DNA of 64,000 nucleotides from Okamejei kenojei (taxonomy: Eukaryota), in NCBI GenBank assembly GCA_035221665.1, contig CM069147.1:9734001-9798000 (forward strand), read 5' to 3'. Below are positions 63,309-64,000 of this stretch, piece by piece. The position numbers and the translations under genes were made by a program. The notes beneath the pieces were generated by a model. The model did not search any database. It was not told the origin of the DNA and worked only from the letters and a program-made list of their open reading frames with translations. Numbering within the stretch: the first letter of the stretch is position 1; each line of letters begins with the position of its first letter.

Positions 63309-64000
63309 GGGAGAGAACGAAAGACAGAGAGACACAACGTGGGTCGGTAGGTGAATGACTAAACTGCCACATCAAGAATAAGCCCCTTCTCACAGTCCGG
63401 AGCCTTCAATCATCATGGTGAGTTTTAAGAAAATTCTCAATGTGTCATCAATGCATCGATTAACATTCTTCAGTAAATGTAATTGTGTTTTGAACAAGTA
63501 TTATTGACGCCGCGTGAATTTTATTCAAAGGAACGCGGTGTTATTAATTACTTGTTCAAAACACAATTACATTTACTGAGGAATGTGGATCGATGCATTG
63601 ATGACACATTGTATAATTACTTATTAACTACTGGCTGTTAACAAGTGCTAACAGTAGTAGTTAACAAATCGTTTGTGTCTGATGGCCGTGCAGTAGTTGT
63701 TATCCATGTTCGTTTTAAAAGAAAATCCGGATGGCGAGTGTTTTCAAAAAAATCTTTATTTAACAAAGCGAATTCGTATTTCCATACGAAATACGGACAA
63801 TAGTGCGGAGCCCCCCTTAGGCGCAGGGCCCAATTGGGAGCAATCGGTCCAATCGGCTTAAGGCCGGCCCTGTCGAGACCCTTCACCAGACAGGTTAATT
63901 GATTTGTGTAAATTACCTCCGAGTGTAAAAAGTGGGATACATGGAACTAAACAGATGAAACTACATCAAGGTTGGCACGGACTCGGTGTGCCGAAGCGCA

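Larger units (their letters stand above)
56065..64000 (+). repeat. Tandem array, ~3.0-kb unit, at least 2.6 copies
   Basis: Units start at 56065, 59074 and 62106 (AGCGATTG..TAAGACTTGATGGGGCACC); near identical; the same ORFs recur three times. Confidence 0.95.

Noticed and set aside
1-64000. Many short ORFs such as MECGRKP..., MWEET..., AAVELLP...
   Set aside because: They are translations of V-SINE copies in various frames, not genes

Overview
Eukaryotic, gene-poor, repeat-dominated DNA. The repeat content (HE1-like tRNA-derived V-SINEs with CR1-type tails, CR1, Rex1/Babar, Tx1/L1 and Penelope remnants) points to a cartilaginous fish, probably a batoid; this is an inference from repeat families. 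No intact protein-coding gene is supported, and nearly all listed ORFs are translations of repeats. Main structures: (1) a decayed Gypsy LTR element (17609-20905; both LTRs, tRNA-Leu PBS, PPT, GTATC TSD) sitting inside a SINE that itself splits a Tx1 LINE; (2) many short Penelope-terminal-repeat-derived elements carrying a minimal hammerhead-ribozyme core (CTGAnGA-A-helix II-GAAAC-GTH), often as inverted dimers, two with their own TSDs; (3) Harbinger and hAT MITEs; (4) two L1-clade fragments, one with a TSD and one with an in-frame RT deletion; (5) a 2.4-kb hAT element whose right part is amplified in a ~3.0-kb tandem array running off the window end; (6) a candidate minus-strand 5'UTR exon ending ATG|GTAAGT in a repeat-free island near 34 kb. 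Boundaries of degraded repeats are approximate, and family names come from recognised motifs, not database searches.
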